NCBI GenBank assembly: GCA_002269645.1
Contig: NIVC01000906.1
Span: 350,639-414,638 of the forward strand
Direction of reading: 5' to 3'
From: Macrostomum lignano
Lineage: Eukaryota
DNA: 64,000 bases
Shown: piece after piece, positions 13,382 to 36,804 of the stretch
Numbering within the stretch: the stretch's first letter is position 1
Layout of the letters: each line of letters begins with the position of its first letter
Position numbers and translations under genes: made by a program
The notes under the pieces: model-generated
The model's database searches: none
The model's input: the letters and a program-made list of their open reading frames with translations, nothing else
What the model was told of the DNA's origin: nothing

Positions 13382-23490
<10,109 letters not shown>

Positions 23491-24414
23491 TGTCCTTTCT
23501 CTAGCTCTAGTAAAACTTTTATTGAAACTATAGTAGGCTAGGCCTATATAATATTATAAAATGGATGTCCTGTCACTTCAACTTAACTCAAAAGCTGTGA
23601 GAATCATTCGCTTTAATCCACAGTCTTTTTTGGACAGATTTGAGTTCTGAACCTGACACCCTGGCCAATTATGCACGCGCCTAGCGCCCGGATGACAAAT
23701 ACACTGAAGCTAAGTGTTAAGTTAACTTAAGTAGGTGTTAGCTTAAATTAATGTTTCAAAGAAAATGCATCGTTTGAATAATCTTTTTAACAAAATTTCT
23801 CAGTATCACTCAGTAAAAGAAAGTATACAATAAAAAATAGTTGTGCAACATTCATATGTGATATAACATGAAATTTGTTTTAAAAGTATAAATAAAAGTC
23901 AGCCTAAATTTATATTTTATCCTAAGGTTATATCGTCAAAAGAGTGCTTGAATAATTGTCCTTGTGAGGTCACGCGCGAAGTCTAATTCATGAAGTACGC
24001 TGCGCACCGTACTTTCGTATTGTATTCTAAGCGTAAGGCCTTAGTTTTTAATTCAATTTTGTGATCATAGACTCGTGGGAGTAGTAGTAGATCTTAATTG
24101 AAGAGGGTTGTTTTTTACTTCTACTCACAAGTTATTAAAAGAAAAAAGTCATTTTGTTGATTTGTTGTTGCATTTTTAAACCATTAGGCCTTATTATTAA
24201 TTTTTAAACAAAAAATCTAGCTTCTGCTGCTCTGTAGTCTAGTGTAGGACCTACCACAATGAAAGCATGATAATCATCTAGATGGCCATGATAAGCATTC
24301 ACCACTACTTATCACTATTCTAATACCAAAATATATTTTGTCTTAATATAAATCTCAGAATTAATAGGCTGGAGCAATTTCAAGTTTCTATAGTAGGCCC
24401 TAGCTAGGTATTTT

Positions 24415-25650
24415 TTTGCAATTTTACTCTTTTGTTTGTTAAATTAATTTTTCATTTGAACACAGACAGTTACTAACTTTTAACAACAAAAAATGATAAC
24501 AGTATGTTGTGGAAACTTTCGTAGCATTTAGAAAAGCATGAAATGGAAATTGTGCCAAGGCGTGTAAGAAAGTGAAGCAACAACTGTCTTTTAGCAACTG
24601 TCTATGGTTAAAACTGTGGGGGTATCACTAGAAAGGTACGAAGAAAATCATTTGTAAGTCCTTTTAAGTTTTTAGTTAGCTACTACTTAAAAACATATAA
24701 TTATATTCAATGACATGGCTGGTTGCCCTGCAGCACCTACATTTATAGTACCCCCTAGGCAAGTGCATCCCATACTGTAGCTGTGCAACATTAATTTCAT
24801 AATGCGGGAGCTCGCCACTATCATGACAACACCTTGTGACATCAACTGGATGGCAATATACCATCTTATTGCAAACCAATGGTCTTGCTTAACCTGCCCT
24901 AGAGGTGGTGCTGGCGGTATAATGGCACTACAAATGCAATTGCAACGTTGTATGGGTGACCAATTCTTGGATGGACTGGCATGGGCATGTACTAGCTGTC
25001 ATGCCTAGGTGTCAATTCGGAAAGGCTCATTTTTTTAAGCTAGGCCTAGTCATCTTACGCTGCAGCAGCTGCTAGAACTCATTTAGTGGTGGGCTATAGA
25101 AGCAAAGCTTCTCCCTGGTATATGTGTGATTATTGATGAATGGCAAGCATATGCCCAGCTCCAGAATCATGCTGTTGTCAACCACCAGCTCTCATTTGTC
25201 AATTCTCAAGACCCAACTGTGCACACAAACCTCATTGAAAAGACATGGGCACACTGTAAGGAAAAGGTCCGAGCTATGCATGGTATAAGCTAGGCCCTTT
25301 CTGAGTAATCTCAAGGAATTCATGTGGCAAAGATGCACCCACAGAACACCTTTGGCAATATACTCTTTTGGATTGCCCACTATTACCCCAGCTATAAACT
25401 AAACTTCAAAGTTTTGACTTTTGAACTTCATCATTTTCTAGTGATATACACACAGTTTTAACCATAGACAGTTGCTAAAAGACAGTTGTTGCTTCACTTT
25501 CTTACACACCTTGGCGCGATTTCAATTTCATGCTTTTCTAAATGCTACGAAGGTTTCCACAATATATTGTTATCATTTTTTGTCGTTTAAAGTCAGTATT
25601 GTTTATGTTCAAACAAAAAAGTTAATTTAATGAATGAAAAAAAAATTGCA
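24415..25650 (+). mobile_element. Merlin (IS1016/ISXO2-like) DNA transposon relic with ~200-bp imperfect TIRs
   Basis: TIR arms at about 24415-24620 and 25448-25650 (AGCAACTGTCTATGGTTAAAACTGTG / CACAGTTTTAACCATAGACAGTTGCT). Disrupted transposase: WACTSC, SIRKGSFF, LPGICVIIDEWQAY...VNHQLSFVN...VHTNLIEKTWAHCK, FLSNLKEFMW. Confidence 0.85.
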
Positions 25651-27735
25651 ATTTTTTTCTAAATAATTTTTGTATGATTTATGAATATAAATAGTCTACA
25701 ATACAGTACAATTGATTTGGATATAATATATTATTTTTCAACTAAGTCTTGGCCTATGCCTACTATCAGTCTTATAAATAAGCTTGTTTATAGTCTTAGT
25801 TTAGTTTGTATAGGCTTGTATAGCTTGTATAGGCTTGTATACTATATTTATATAGTATAAATAATCATATTATTATCATCTAAAGGTATTGTTTTTATTT
25901 TGAATTAAAAATTTTTTAATCTGTGTAGCTTTTCTAGTATCTTAAATAAGTTTATTGTACTTTTTATAGTAGTATTTACTATTTATAATTGTCTTTGTAT
26001 ATATAGGTTGAAATTCATCCCAAAAACAAATAATGCATTCTATGCTAAGCAATAAGTAAAAAACTAAATGCACATATGTACAAAACCTCATTAAAAATTT
26101 TTTTTGGCCTTGAGCACCTTATTAATCAATTAATATTGGCCTTAGTATTATTATTGTTATATTTAAATTCAATAATATATGCAATTTTCTGGCAAAAAAT
26201 CCACTGTTATATGCACTTTTCTTGGTCATTTTTTTGTTCTATGTGCTTGATATATGAAGTATGATGTACCTTGGTAGCATTGAGATTTTGGTGCTAGGCC
26301 TACTATTTTGGTATTATTATTTATTTGTATTTAAGGGTCAGATGTGATAATAAGTGTGATAAAAAAATCATGATTTCACAACTTTTTTATGAGACTTATG
26401 AAATTTTAGCCTATGATTGTGATTTTCTTGATTCTTTGAATGCAAATTTCTGCAGATATAAAATCAAGTCTTCTAGTAAAAATGATATGAGCATAATTTA
26501 TAATTAGCATTTTTTAACCATTATCTAACTATAGGATTTTTATCTCAATCTGGTCTTTTAAACAGTCAAGTTAGTCCTAAATATTAAAAAGACAAAGTCT
26601 CAAGGTCTAGGGTTCTGTTTACAAATTTTTCTTTTTGTTCTTATCAATTTGATAATCTAAGTTGTCAATTTTTAACAAGCCATTTAAAATCTATGCATTA
26701 GTCATCCTGTATTTAGCATCTAATAAGACAAGAATAAAATGCAACAGGGCAGTGCAATGTAGAATAGCATAATAGAAAAAAATAGTGTTCATGCTAAATA
26801 ATCAGTTCTGAAAGTTAGGCCCCCTACTAAGCATAGAATTTGTATGCCAGTAATGGACCTTAAGAGACAGTGTATCATTTCACTGTGCAGTGCTTCCTTG
26901 TATTCTAGCACCTTTATGATCAAAGAGTACTTATTATTGCCAGCTGCAGTTCTTCTTCAGCAGTGGAAAAAATTTTGTTGCTCCCCAAATCCTTATCCAA
27001 GCACAGACTCCAAATAAAAACATACATAAAAATGCTTACATTGGATTAAATATATAGAGAATGGCTGATAAAGCTTCTTGACAGCTCTACTCAGTTACCT
27101 GAAATCATAATACATTAAGGTTAATTCCTGTGTGTCAGCTGATTTTCAACTATAATTTATATATAATTTCAACAGCTGTCAGACTGTCACGAATTCAAGT
27201 CTTGCACTCCTATCTATTTATTCAAATAATATTTGTTCTGTAAATGTTTGCACTTTTATTGGTACTGGAAATGTTTTCAAGGCCCCAACATTTTAGGTGC
27301 ATCAAAAATGTTCCTTCGCGCGTGCCAAAATATCGGTTCAGAAAATGTGTGCACTTCCTTATCTGATCTGTGTGTTTAGCTTCTAGCCATGTAATCATTT
27401 CCAGGTTCTGCAGTTGGTGTGTTTTTACTAATATTATCTAAATTTTACTCAAATTGCACTGGAAGCTTGGAAACAAGTTGATTTAAGGTTTAATTATTGT
27501 AGTTCGCCTGAAACAGTCAAAAGGTCACATTGCATCACGCAGCTGTGTTTCTTGTGCGCGTGTCTGAGGCGAGGGGTGGGGAGTAAAAGGAAAACAAACA
27601 GTAGATAAAACCCCAGTGCAGTAGTGCGGGCCTTCAAAACTGACTGGCAGGCTGATCTAACGAAAAATTTTTGTGTTACAGACACTTAACAACTCAGTAA
27701 AGAATCAGTAAGCTCAAACAGGCAGTCTACAGTCA

Positions 27736-30700
27736 ATGCCCAGCTCATTTGAGTCCCTGGAGGCCAAGGCGCCCCTGTTGCTGTCCTATCGCGCCCGCAC
27801 GGCAGCCGTTGTCTTTCTTGGCACTCTGATTCTGTACTCCCTGCGCGTCAACATGAGCATCGCCCTGGTCTGCATGGTGAAGCCACTGAACGAATCCGCA
27901 GACGGCTTGTTGCTAGGCAACGCCACCGACAGCCGGCAGCACTGCGGCGGCGGCAGCGTAGGAGACGCAGCTGCGCTCAATTCGACTGATTGGGAATCTG
28001 GCGGAGTGACTGGCGAGTTCGACTGGGATCGGACGGTGCAGGGTCAGATTTTGAGCAGCTTTTTCTTTGGCTACCTGTTTCTGCAGATCCCGGCTGGCCT
28101 GCTGGCCCAGCTCCTGGGGCCCAAGCTGGTGATTGCGGCCATGATCGGCCTGGCCTCGGTGGGTGTCAGAATCTGGTTATTGATTTTGCTGCCGTACCGT
28201 TTACTTTACAGCAGAAGATTGTACTTGGAGATTGAAGATTGGACAGAATGTAGCTTGTTCTTTCACAGCAGTAGTTACCGTTTGTACAACAGTAGTTTCT
28301 GCTTGTACAACAATAGTTTCTGCTCTTACAACAATAGTTACCGTTTGTACAACAGTAGTTTCTGCTTGCACAACAGTAGTTTCTGCTTGTACAACAGTAG
28401 TTTCTGCTTGTACAACAGTAGTTTCTGCTTGTACAACAATAGTTATTGTTTGTACAACAGTAGTTTCTGCTTGTACAACAGTAGTTTCCGTTTGTACAAC
28501 AGTAGTTTCTGCTTGTACAACAGTAGTTTCTGCTTGTACAACAGTAGTTTCCGTTTGTACAACAGTAGTTACCGTAATACCGTTTGTACAACAGAGTTAC
28601 CGTTTGTACAGCAGCAGTTTCTGCTTGTACAACAGTAGTTTCTACTTGTACAACAGTAGTTTCCGCTTGTACAACAGTAGTTTCTACTTGTACAACAGTA
28701 GTTTCTGCTTGTACAACAGTAGTTTCCGCTTGTACAACAGTAGTTTCTACTTGTACAACAGTAGTTTCTGCTTGTACAACAGTAGTTTCTGCTTGTACAA
28801 CAGTAGTTTCCGTTTGTACAACAGTAGTTTCCGCTTGTACAACAGTAGTTTCTACTTGTACAACAGTAGTTTCTACTTGTACAACAGTAGTTTCTGCTGG
28901 TACAACAGTGACTTGTAATTAAATTACACACTATTTTTAGGATCATGAATCGAGCTTAAAGTATCTTGTAACCAAGACTCAGCCTTCTCTTCGCCCCATC
29001 CAGGTGAGCACTTTGCTGCTGCCCGCGGCTGCCCGCATCGACTGGCGGCTGGTGGTGGCGCTGCGCATCCTCACGGGCCTGGGCTCCGGCGTGATGTTCC
29101 CCGGCCTGCACCAGCTGTGGTCGGGCTGGGCTCCGCCGATGGAGCGGTCCAAGCTGGTCGGCTTCAGCTATGCGGGCGCCCAGATCGGCACCATCATCAC
29201 CCTGCCGCTGTCATCTCTGCTGTGCCGCTCGGTGGGCTGGGACTCGATTTTCTACGTGTTCGGTGGCCTCGGCTGCGTCTGGGTGGCCGTGTGGCTCGGC
29301 TTGGTGCACAACTCACCAGAGCAGCACCCCTGGATATCGAAGGTATGGCGCCGGGTTCGGGATCGCTTTATGCTTTTTGTCACCTAAAGCTGTCTTGTGT
29401 CTGCCTCACCCCATTTTCTTGTGTCTGTCTCACTCCATTCTCTTGTGTCTGTCTCACTCCATTCTCTTGTGTCTGTCTCACTCCATTCTCTTGTGTCTGT
29501 CTCACTCCATTCTCTTGTGTCTGTCTCACTCCATTCTCTTGTGTCTGTCTCACTCCATTCTCTTGTGTCTGTCTCACTCCATTCTCTTGTGTCTGTCTCA
29601 CTCCATTCTCTTGTGTCTGTCTCACTCCATTCTCTTGTGTCTGTCTCACGCCATTCTCTTGTGTCTGTCTCACTCCATTCTCTTGTGTCTGTCTCACTCC
29701 ATTCTCTTGTGTCTGCCTCACCCCATTTTCTTGTGTCTGCCTCACCCCATTCTCTTGTGTCTGTCTCACCCCATTCTCTTGTGTCTGTCTCACTCCATTC
29801 TCTTGTGTCTGTCTCACTCCATTCTCTTGTGTCTGTCTCACTCCATTCTCTTGTGTCTGTCTCACTCCATTCTCTTGTGTCTGTCTCACTCCATTCTCTT
29901 GTGTCTGTCTCACTCCATTCTCTTGTGTCTGTCTCACTCCATTCTCTTGTGTCTGTCTCACTCCATTCTCTTGTGTCTGCCTCACTCCATTCTCTTGTGT
30001 CTGTCTCACTCCATTCTCTTGTGTCTGTCTCACTCCATTCTCTTGTGTCTGTCTCACTCCATTCTCTTGTGTCTGTCTCACTCCATTCTCTTGTGTCTGT
30101 CTCACTCCATTCTCTTGTGTCTGTCTCACTCCATTCTCTTGTGTCTGTCTCACTCCATTCTCTTGTGTCTGCCTCACTCCATTCTCTTGTGTCTGTCTCA
30201 CTCCATTCTCTTGTGTCTGTCTCACCCCATTCTCTTGTGTCTGTCTCACCCCATTCTCTTGTGTCTCATCTCATTCTGTTGTCTCCGTCCCACCCACGCC
30301 ATTCTCTAACATCTCTCTTTCCGCCTGTAGCGTACTCAGCAAACTAACAAGAGTAAAAAAACTTGTAACTCTTCAGGCGGAGAAGCGGTATATTCAGCGC
30401 TCGCTTCAGGGCCAGGTCTCCGCCTCAGGCGAGCACAGCGCCCGTCTGCCTGTGCTGTCGGTGGCTGCCAGCCTGCCATTCTGGGCTATAATTGTGTCCA
30501 ATGTGGCCTACGACTATGGCGGCTACACCTTCCTGACTAACCTGCCCACCTACTTTAAGGTGAGGGTTTTGTTACCGCATGTCTGTCTGTGTGAATGTCA
30601 GCTGCCTGTACCAGTTAATGTCCTGGTGTCTTTAGCACCTGTCTTAGTGGCAGTTTTATTAGTGACAAACTGTCTGTTCGTCTGTCTGTCTGTCTGTAAG

Positions 30701-32441
30701 TCTGTCTGACTGTCTGTCTGTCAATCGCACTCTCACACTGACTCACTCACTCACTCACTCACTCACTCACTCACCCAATCACTCACTCACTCACTCATTC
30801 ACTCACCCAATCACTCACTCAGACTCACTCACTCACTCACTCACCCAATCACTCACTCAGACTCACTCACTCACTCACTCACCCAATCACTCACTCACTC
30901 ACTCACCCAATCACTCACTCACTCATTCACTCACCCAATCACTCACTCAGACTCACTCACCCGATCACTCACTCTCTCACTCATTCACTCACCCAATCTC
31001 TCACTCACTCACTCACTCACTCACTCACCCAATCACTCACTCACTAACTCACTCACTCACTCACTCACTCACTCACTCTGACCCCACCCCAGGATGTGTT
31101 CGGCTTCACTCTGATGGCCAACGGGCTGCTGTCCGCTCTGCCCTACATCGGCTTCTTCGTCTTCCAATTCGTGGCCGCCTGGTTGGCCGACTTGCTGCAG
31201 GCCCGTGCCGTGCTGAGCACCCGCAACACCCGCAAGCTGATGTCCGTGCTGAGCATGGGCGGGCCGGGCAGCATCATCATCTCCCTTGGCTTCATCGGCT
31301 GCGATGCCTACGCACTGGGCATCGCAATGCTAGTGATTGGCATCACGTTCAAGGGTGCCGCCTTCTCAGGATTCCTCATCAATCACGTGGATATAGCTCC
31401 CAGGTGAGCAGCTATTCAGTTTATGTTTGAGTCGATAAAACTTCAATATTAAGTTACTTGGACACGAAATATTGCCTAAATTGGTGTCTTTAGATTTCTT
31501 AAAATTGGTGTCTTTAGATTGCCTAAATTAGTGTCTTTAGATTGCCCAAATTGGTGTCTTTAGATTGCCCAAATTGGTGTCTTTAGATTGCCCAAATTGG
31601 TGTCTTTAGATTGCCCAAATTGGTGTCTTTAGATTGCCTAAATCGGTGTCTTTAGATTGCCCAAATCGGTGTCTTTAGATTGCTTAAATTGGTGTCTTTA
31701 GATTGCCCAAATCGGTGTCTTTAGATTGCCCAAATTGGTGTCTTTAGATTGCCCAAATTGGTGTCTTTAGATTGCCTAAATTGGTGTCTTTAGATTGCCC
31801 AAATTAGTGTCTTTAGATTGCCTCAATTGGTGTATTTAGATTGCCTAAATTTGTGTCTTTAGATTGCCTAAATTGGTGTCTTTAGATTGCCTAAATTAGT
31901 GTCTTTAGATTGCCCAAATCGGTGTCTTTAGATTGCCGAAATCGGAGTCTTTAGATTGCCCAAATCGGTGTCTTTAGATTGCCGAAATCGGAGTCTTTAG
32001 ATTGCCCAAATCGGTGTCTTTAGATTGCCTAAATCGGTGTGTTTAGAAACTGTCTTGAGAAACTCAGCTCAACCTGACCTCCCTAAGCATTTCAAGCCGA
32101 ATCCCCATCCGTCGCCCAGGTACGCGGGTGTGCTGTTCGGCGTCAGCAACACGGTGGCGGCCCTCACCGGCCTCATCGCTCCCAACGTGGTGGCCGCCGT
32201 GGTGCGCTCCGGCAGCCAGTCTGAGTGGCTCCGCGTTTTCCTCATCACCTCGACCGTGTACTGGTTCGGCTCTCTCTTCTACGCCGCCTTCGGCCAAGGC
32301 GAGCTGCAGCCCTGGGCGGCGGTGGCCGACAAGCCAGCGGGCGACAAGCAGACTGAAAAGAAGGCCATCGGAGAAGATGGCGTCGCGCTGGCGCTGCTGC
32401 CTCCGGTCTCAGCTGGCAACGGGCCGGCCAATGCTGTTTAA
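27736..32441 (+). CDS. SLC17/sialin-like MFS anion transporter, 525 aa; exons 27736-28158, 29004-29342, 30377-30559, 31093-31403, 32120-32441
   Basis: RVNMSIALVCMV, FDWD...QGQILSSFFFGY, WAPPMERSKL, PFWAIIVSN, LLSALPY, NHVDIAPRYAG; GT-AG introns in consistent phase. Confidence 0.93.
28265..28912. repeat. 21-bp minisatellite in SLC17 intron 1
   Basis: TACAACAGTAGTTTCTGCTTG units. Confidence 0.95.
29390..30265. repeat. 24-bp minisatellite in SLC17 intron 2
   Basis: CCATTCTCTTGTGTCTGTCTCACT units, highly homogeneous. Confidence 0.97.
30725..31078. repeat. (TCAC)n microsatellite in SLC17 intron 3
   Basis: Visible tetranucleotide run with CCAA interruptions. Confidence 0.97.
31475..32040. repeat. 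23-bp minisatellite in SLC17 intron 4
   Basis: AAATTGGTGTCTTTAGATTGCCC units. Confidence 0.95.
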
Positions 32442-32584
32442 ACTGCCCTGGGGTTTTTGGGAATTTCAGCATTTTCATTGGTTATGATTTATGATTAATA
32501 CTTAGAAACCCAGTTGCTTGAAATCTGGCTTTTATTCTTATCCCTTAATTCCTGATTTCTTTGTTTTCCTAAGTCGGCTTAATG

Positions 32585-33065
32585 TCCTGAATCCCGACCG
32601 CAGGTCCCAATGCTCCAAATAATCCCTTGTCCTGAATCCCGACCCCAGGTCCCAATGCTCCCAAATAATCCCTTGTCCTGAATCCCGACCCCAGGCCCCA
32701 ATGATCCCAAATAATCCCTTGTCCTGAATCCCGATCCCAGGTCCCAATGCTCCCAAATTATCCCTTGCCTGAATCCCGACCCCAGGCCCCAATGATCCCA
32801 AATAATCCCTTGCCTGAATCCCGACCCCAGGTCCCAATCATCCCAAATAATCCCTTGTCCTGAATCCCGACTCCAGGTCCCAATGCTCCCAAATAATCCC
32901 TTGCCCTGAATCCCGACCCCAGGCCCCGATGATCCCAATTCCCTTGTCCTGAATCCCGACCGCAGGTCCCAAATATCCTAAATAATCCCTTGTCCTGAAT
33001 CCCGACCGCAGGTCCCAAATATCCTAAATAATCCCTTGTCCTGAATCCCGACCCCAGGTCCCAAT
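32585..33065. repeat. ~46-48-bp tandem repeat
   Basis: CCTGAATCCCGACCCCAGGTCCCAATG...AAATAATCCCTTG units. Confidence 0.9.
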
Positions 33066-34319
33066 CCTTTTATATTCCTAAACTATCGAAATCTTATTGT
33101 TTCATAACTGCCTAATCGCCATACTTCGTATTAGAGAGAAGGTATTCAAAAGGAAACGATTATTTCTAAGAGTTAATTCTTTATTTCTTTTAAATTGCTA
33201 TTACTGTCCTACTTTAAGTAGCGTATATTTTCCCCTATCTGCGGTGTTTTCGAAGTGCTACCGTCATAATTAGTTTTTCCATAATTCCGTTTTGTTAAAC
33301 TATTTTTTAACTAAATTGACAAACTGATTTTTCTGACCTTTGCGTTTTTTCTTGTAAAAAGATGCGCTTGAAATCTTCCTGTTTTACTTACAGTAGTGCG
33401 TCAGTGCTAATATGGCACTCATTATTTTTTAGCCAAACATAACGCGCCCACTGGACAATCCTGAGGCTATTTTTTTACTTTTTACAGACTTTGGATTGTC
33501 CGGTATTTTTTGGTCGTTAATTACTGCCTTTTGGTCATTTTATCTGATATTTTTTATCTTGAGTCGTTCGGGATTTCGGCTAAGGTCAAAAGGTCAACCC
33601 GAACATTTTCAATCATTAGAAAATTCGCAGAATTCCGAACGACCCAAGGAATGTGTTTGATTTCTAGTGCTTCTGCTTGTACTCGTAAATCACAATTGTT
33701 TTTTATTACTTGTTGATTTTTTGCTTTTTTGCGTCTGTTTTTGCAATTTTCTTTGAAGCTTTACCGTGGTACATTTGGCCTTCTTTGCTGCAGAATTGAA
33801 GCGCTGAATTGCTGCAACATCGATTTTTTTCCTCATCTTTGTACTGAGAAATCAATCCTTAAAGTGATTCGCGTTTTTAGAATATTTTGTGGATTGATTT
33901 CTATTGTATCGTCTGAATCAATAATTGTTCATAATGGTGGTTTTCTCAGTTAACTAACCCTTTTAACGCAGCTTTAACAATGCAAATTGGCTTAACTGTA
34001 CATTTTGTAGTTTTGAGGAGTTTCACCCCTAAACTTGTTTTTTCTGTTGCTAATTTGACCGATCTTTTGTTTTCAAAAGCATTGTTGATTTTTTTTTCTT
34101 TTTTGGTTTTAAACTCTATTATCCGTTGATAAAATACAATTTCTTTAGGATAATGGGTTTTAACAGAATGGATTAAATACTTCTGATTGTCACTAAGTGT
34201 TGTTGGTTTGTGTGTTTTAAAGTATAGATACTTTATTTACTTAATTTTTTTAGTTCATTAAAACTAATTCGTAATTAAAAAGGTTAAAATACATATATAA
34301 AAGTGGGGTTGCGGGCTTA

Positions 34320-34870
34320 CATGAGGCGGGGCACAGTGATTCTCAGGGGCTTGCGCGAGACGGGGCACAGAATGTGGATTGGGGGTTGCGTGAGGCGGGA
34401 CACAGAATGGTAGTAGGGGCTTGTATGAGACGGGGCACAGAATGGGGGTTGGGGGTTTGCGCAAGGCGGGGCACAGAATGGGGGTTGGGGGTTTGCGCGA
34501 GGCGGGGCACAGAATGGGGGTTGGGGGTTTGCGCGAGGCGGGGCACAGAATGGGGTTGGGGTTTGCGTGAGGCGGGGCACAGAATGGGGTTGGGGTTTGC
34601 GCGAGGCGGGGCACAGAATGGGGGTTTGCGCGGGGCGGGGCACAGAATGGGGGTTGGGGGGTTTGCGCGAGGCGGGGCACAGAATGGGGGTTGGGGGGGT
34701 TGCGCGAGGCGGGCACAGAATGGGGTTGGGGTTTGCGTGAGGCGGGGCACAGAATGGGGTTGGGGTTTGCGCGAGGCGGGGCACAGAATGGGGTTTGCGT
34801 GAGGCGGGGCACAGAATGGGGGTTGGGGGGTTTGCGCGAGGCGGGGCACAGAATGGGGTTGGAGTTTGCG
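34320..34870. repeat. G-rich ~33-36-bp tandem repeat
   Basis: GAGGCGGGGCACAGAATGGGGGTTGGGGGTTTGCGC units. Confidence 0.9.
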
Positions 34871-35156
34871 CGATGCCGGAAACAGGATGGGTGTTGGAAG
34901 GCTGGTTCGAGAATTGAGTCATTGAAGCACTTAATGCAGATTTATCGCATTGGGTACATGTACAAGCTACTTGTTCTTACATTACATGAGCAGTTATTTG
35001 TTAGTTACAGTAATTGGCATTCGTTTAGGCCGTCGTTTAGACAGGTTTAAACCGCAGTTCCTTCGCGCGCTTTACTTTAAAGCCACTTGACAATTTAATG
35101 CATCCATAGAATTTAAGGCAGCCATAGTAGTAGAAGTGATTCGAGCGTGACAACAC

Positions 35157-35260
35157 ACAGTCAAGGCCCAGCTAATTGGAGCCCCATATACAAAGGCGTC
35201 CCTGTTGCTGTCCCATCGCTCCCTAATAGCAGCCGTTGTCTTTCTTGGCACTCTGATTCT
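35157..35260 (+). pseudogene. Degenerate copy of the first ~100 bp of the SLC17 coding region
   Basis: Aligns by eye to 27728-27833 and shares GCAGCCGTTGTCTTTCTTGGCACTCTGATTCT; the ATG has become AAG. Confidence 0.8.
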
Positions 35261-35619
35261 CGTGCCGCTGAATAAATACGCAGACGCTTTTGGCTTCTTT
35301 TTTTCGTTTTTCTGGAATCAAAGTGTTGTGTATGCTATTTAAATTTTCTTTTTTTGGTATGCTTAAAACTTAAAAAAATAGTGTAAAAAGCGGCATAACT
35401 TCATCTTGCGCTATAGGGCTACAGATCGTGTCCTTTTCGCGTAACGTAAGGCAAAATTACAATATCAGTTGTTTTAAGTGAATTTATCGAAAAAAATCTA
35501 TAGAATAAAGATTGTGAGGGACTTGTGTTTACTATATTTTTATGTGTGTTTCAAGTGAATATTCTACCCGTTTTCATCATTTTTAGAGCTTTGCTAACTA
35601 TCATAATATATAATAGCTC

Positions 35620-35910
35620 ATAATTGATTGCACCTGCCTTAATAGCCAGATTTGCAACCGACCAGCTCAGCCGCAGCTATTGCGCGGCGCATCTGAAGGC
35701 TGCGTACGGCTGTTCAGTCCAAGGACTGGGGGTCGCCACTCTTAATTACCCCAGCTAATTAATGCTGGCACCCATTTTACAGCTGGGTGAACTGAAGCAA
35801 TTGCAGAGTTGAGTGTCTCGCTCAAGGACACAAATTGTTCCAAGTGGATTGAGAATCGAACCACCGACCTTTCAGTCGTGAGTCCGACCTTCTCTAACCA
35901 CTAGGCTACA
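35620..35910 (-). mobile_element. SINE family 1, near full-length copy
   Basis: Reverse complement of 10356-10618 with an additional 3' tail. Confidence 0.9.
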
Positions 35911-36804
35911 ACCTCTATTGTACTGTGTTTCATCCTGATAAAACTTGAGACTACATCTCAGACAAAACAATATAATTGCTTCATTTGTAGTTTGGCAGTC
36001 AAACAACAACATTAACAAAAAACTGACGTAAAACTAGAACTGGACCTTTTGTACTTGTAGAAATAACAATTTAATTGACGCAGTATTATTACTTTTATTA
36101 TTATTACGAGATATTACTCAATTGTTTGTCAAACGATATAGCTTTTCTATCGACGTTGATAAGTAAATTAGGAGAATTTCACGTTGCGACATTTAAAAAA
36201 ATAAAAAGAGCCCAAATGAATTGATTTGTTTGTAGACGGTATTTTCACATGACTAATGTGAAAGATGGGAATTTTCACATTTAATCCTTTCACATACACT
36301 TGACTAAAGTACACGCGACAGTTGAGGCGATAGAAGATGGGAGAGAATGGATGAATGCGACTGCACTCAGCTTTAAAGTTTACACGATGAGTCAGAGCCG
36401 GGGGTACACTCGGAGAATGCCAATGTTTTTGGGGGGGGGGGTTGTTTGACGTGCCTTGCTGTGACAACGGTGCCCTGCAGTTGCCAGTAAATTGGCTTGG
36501 CGGGCCAATAGTGGCAGTTGGCCTTCTCTAAGACTGCATGGTAAGCACGTTTTGTGCCAAAAAAAACGCCAAACCCCAACTTGCCCATTCTTTGTTCTAT
36601 AAATACGTAGAAATTTCGACTTTCATTAAGGCTCAGACACAAAATTCTCTATTTAGGCAGCAAGGCATCTCCACCTACGTAGACGCAACGTAGGCAGTTT
36701 TTCAATTGTGTCCGAATTTCGCAATTAGCTAGTACTCGCTAATACCGAGCTCGTAATTTTAATTTGCGCGCATTCGCCAGTTTGTTTCAAGCCAGCCAGC
36801 CAAG

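Noticed and set aside
29117-30709. 530-aa Cys-rich ORF and similar ORFs at 6183, 18618, 28232, 34264 and 39911
   Set aside because: These are translations of intronic or intergenic minisatellites whose unit length is a multiple of 3.
33450-33960. Lys-rich coding-like minus-strand segment
   Set aside because: Interrupted by stops and frameshifts, with no recognisable motif or splice structure.
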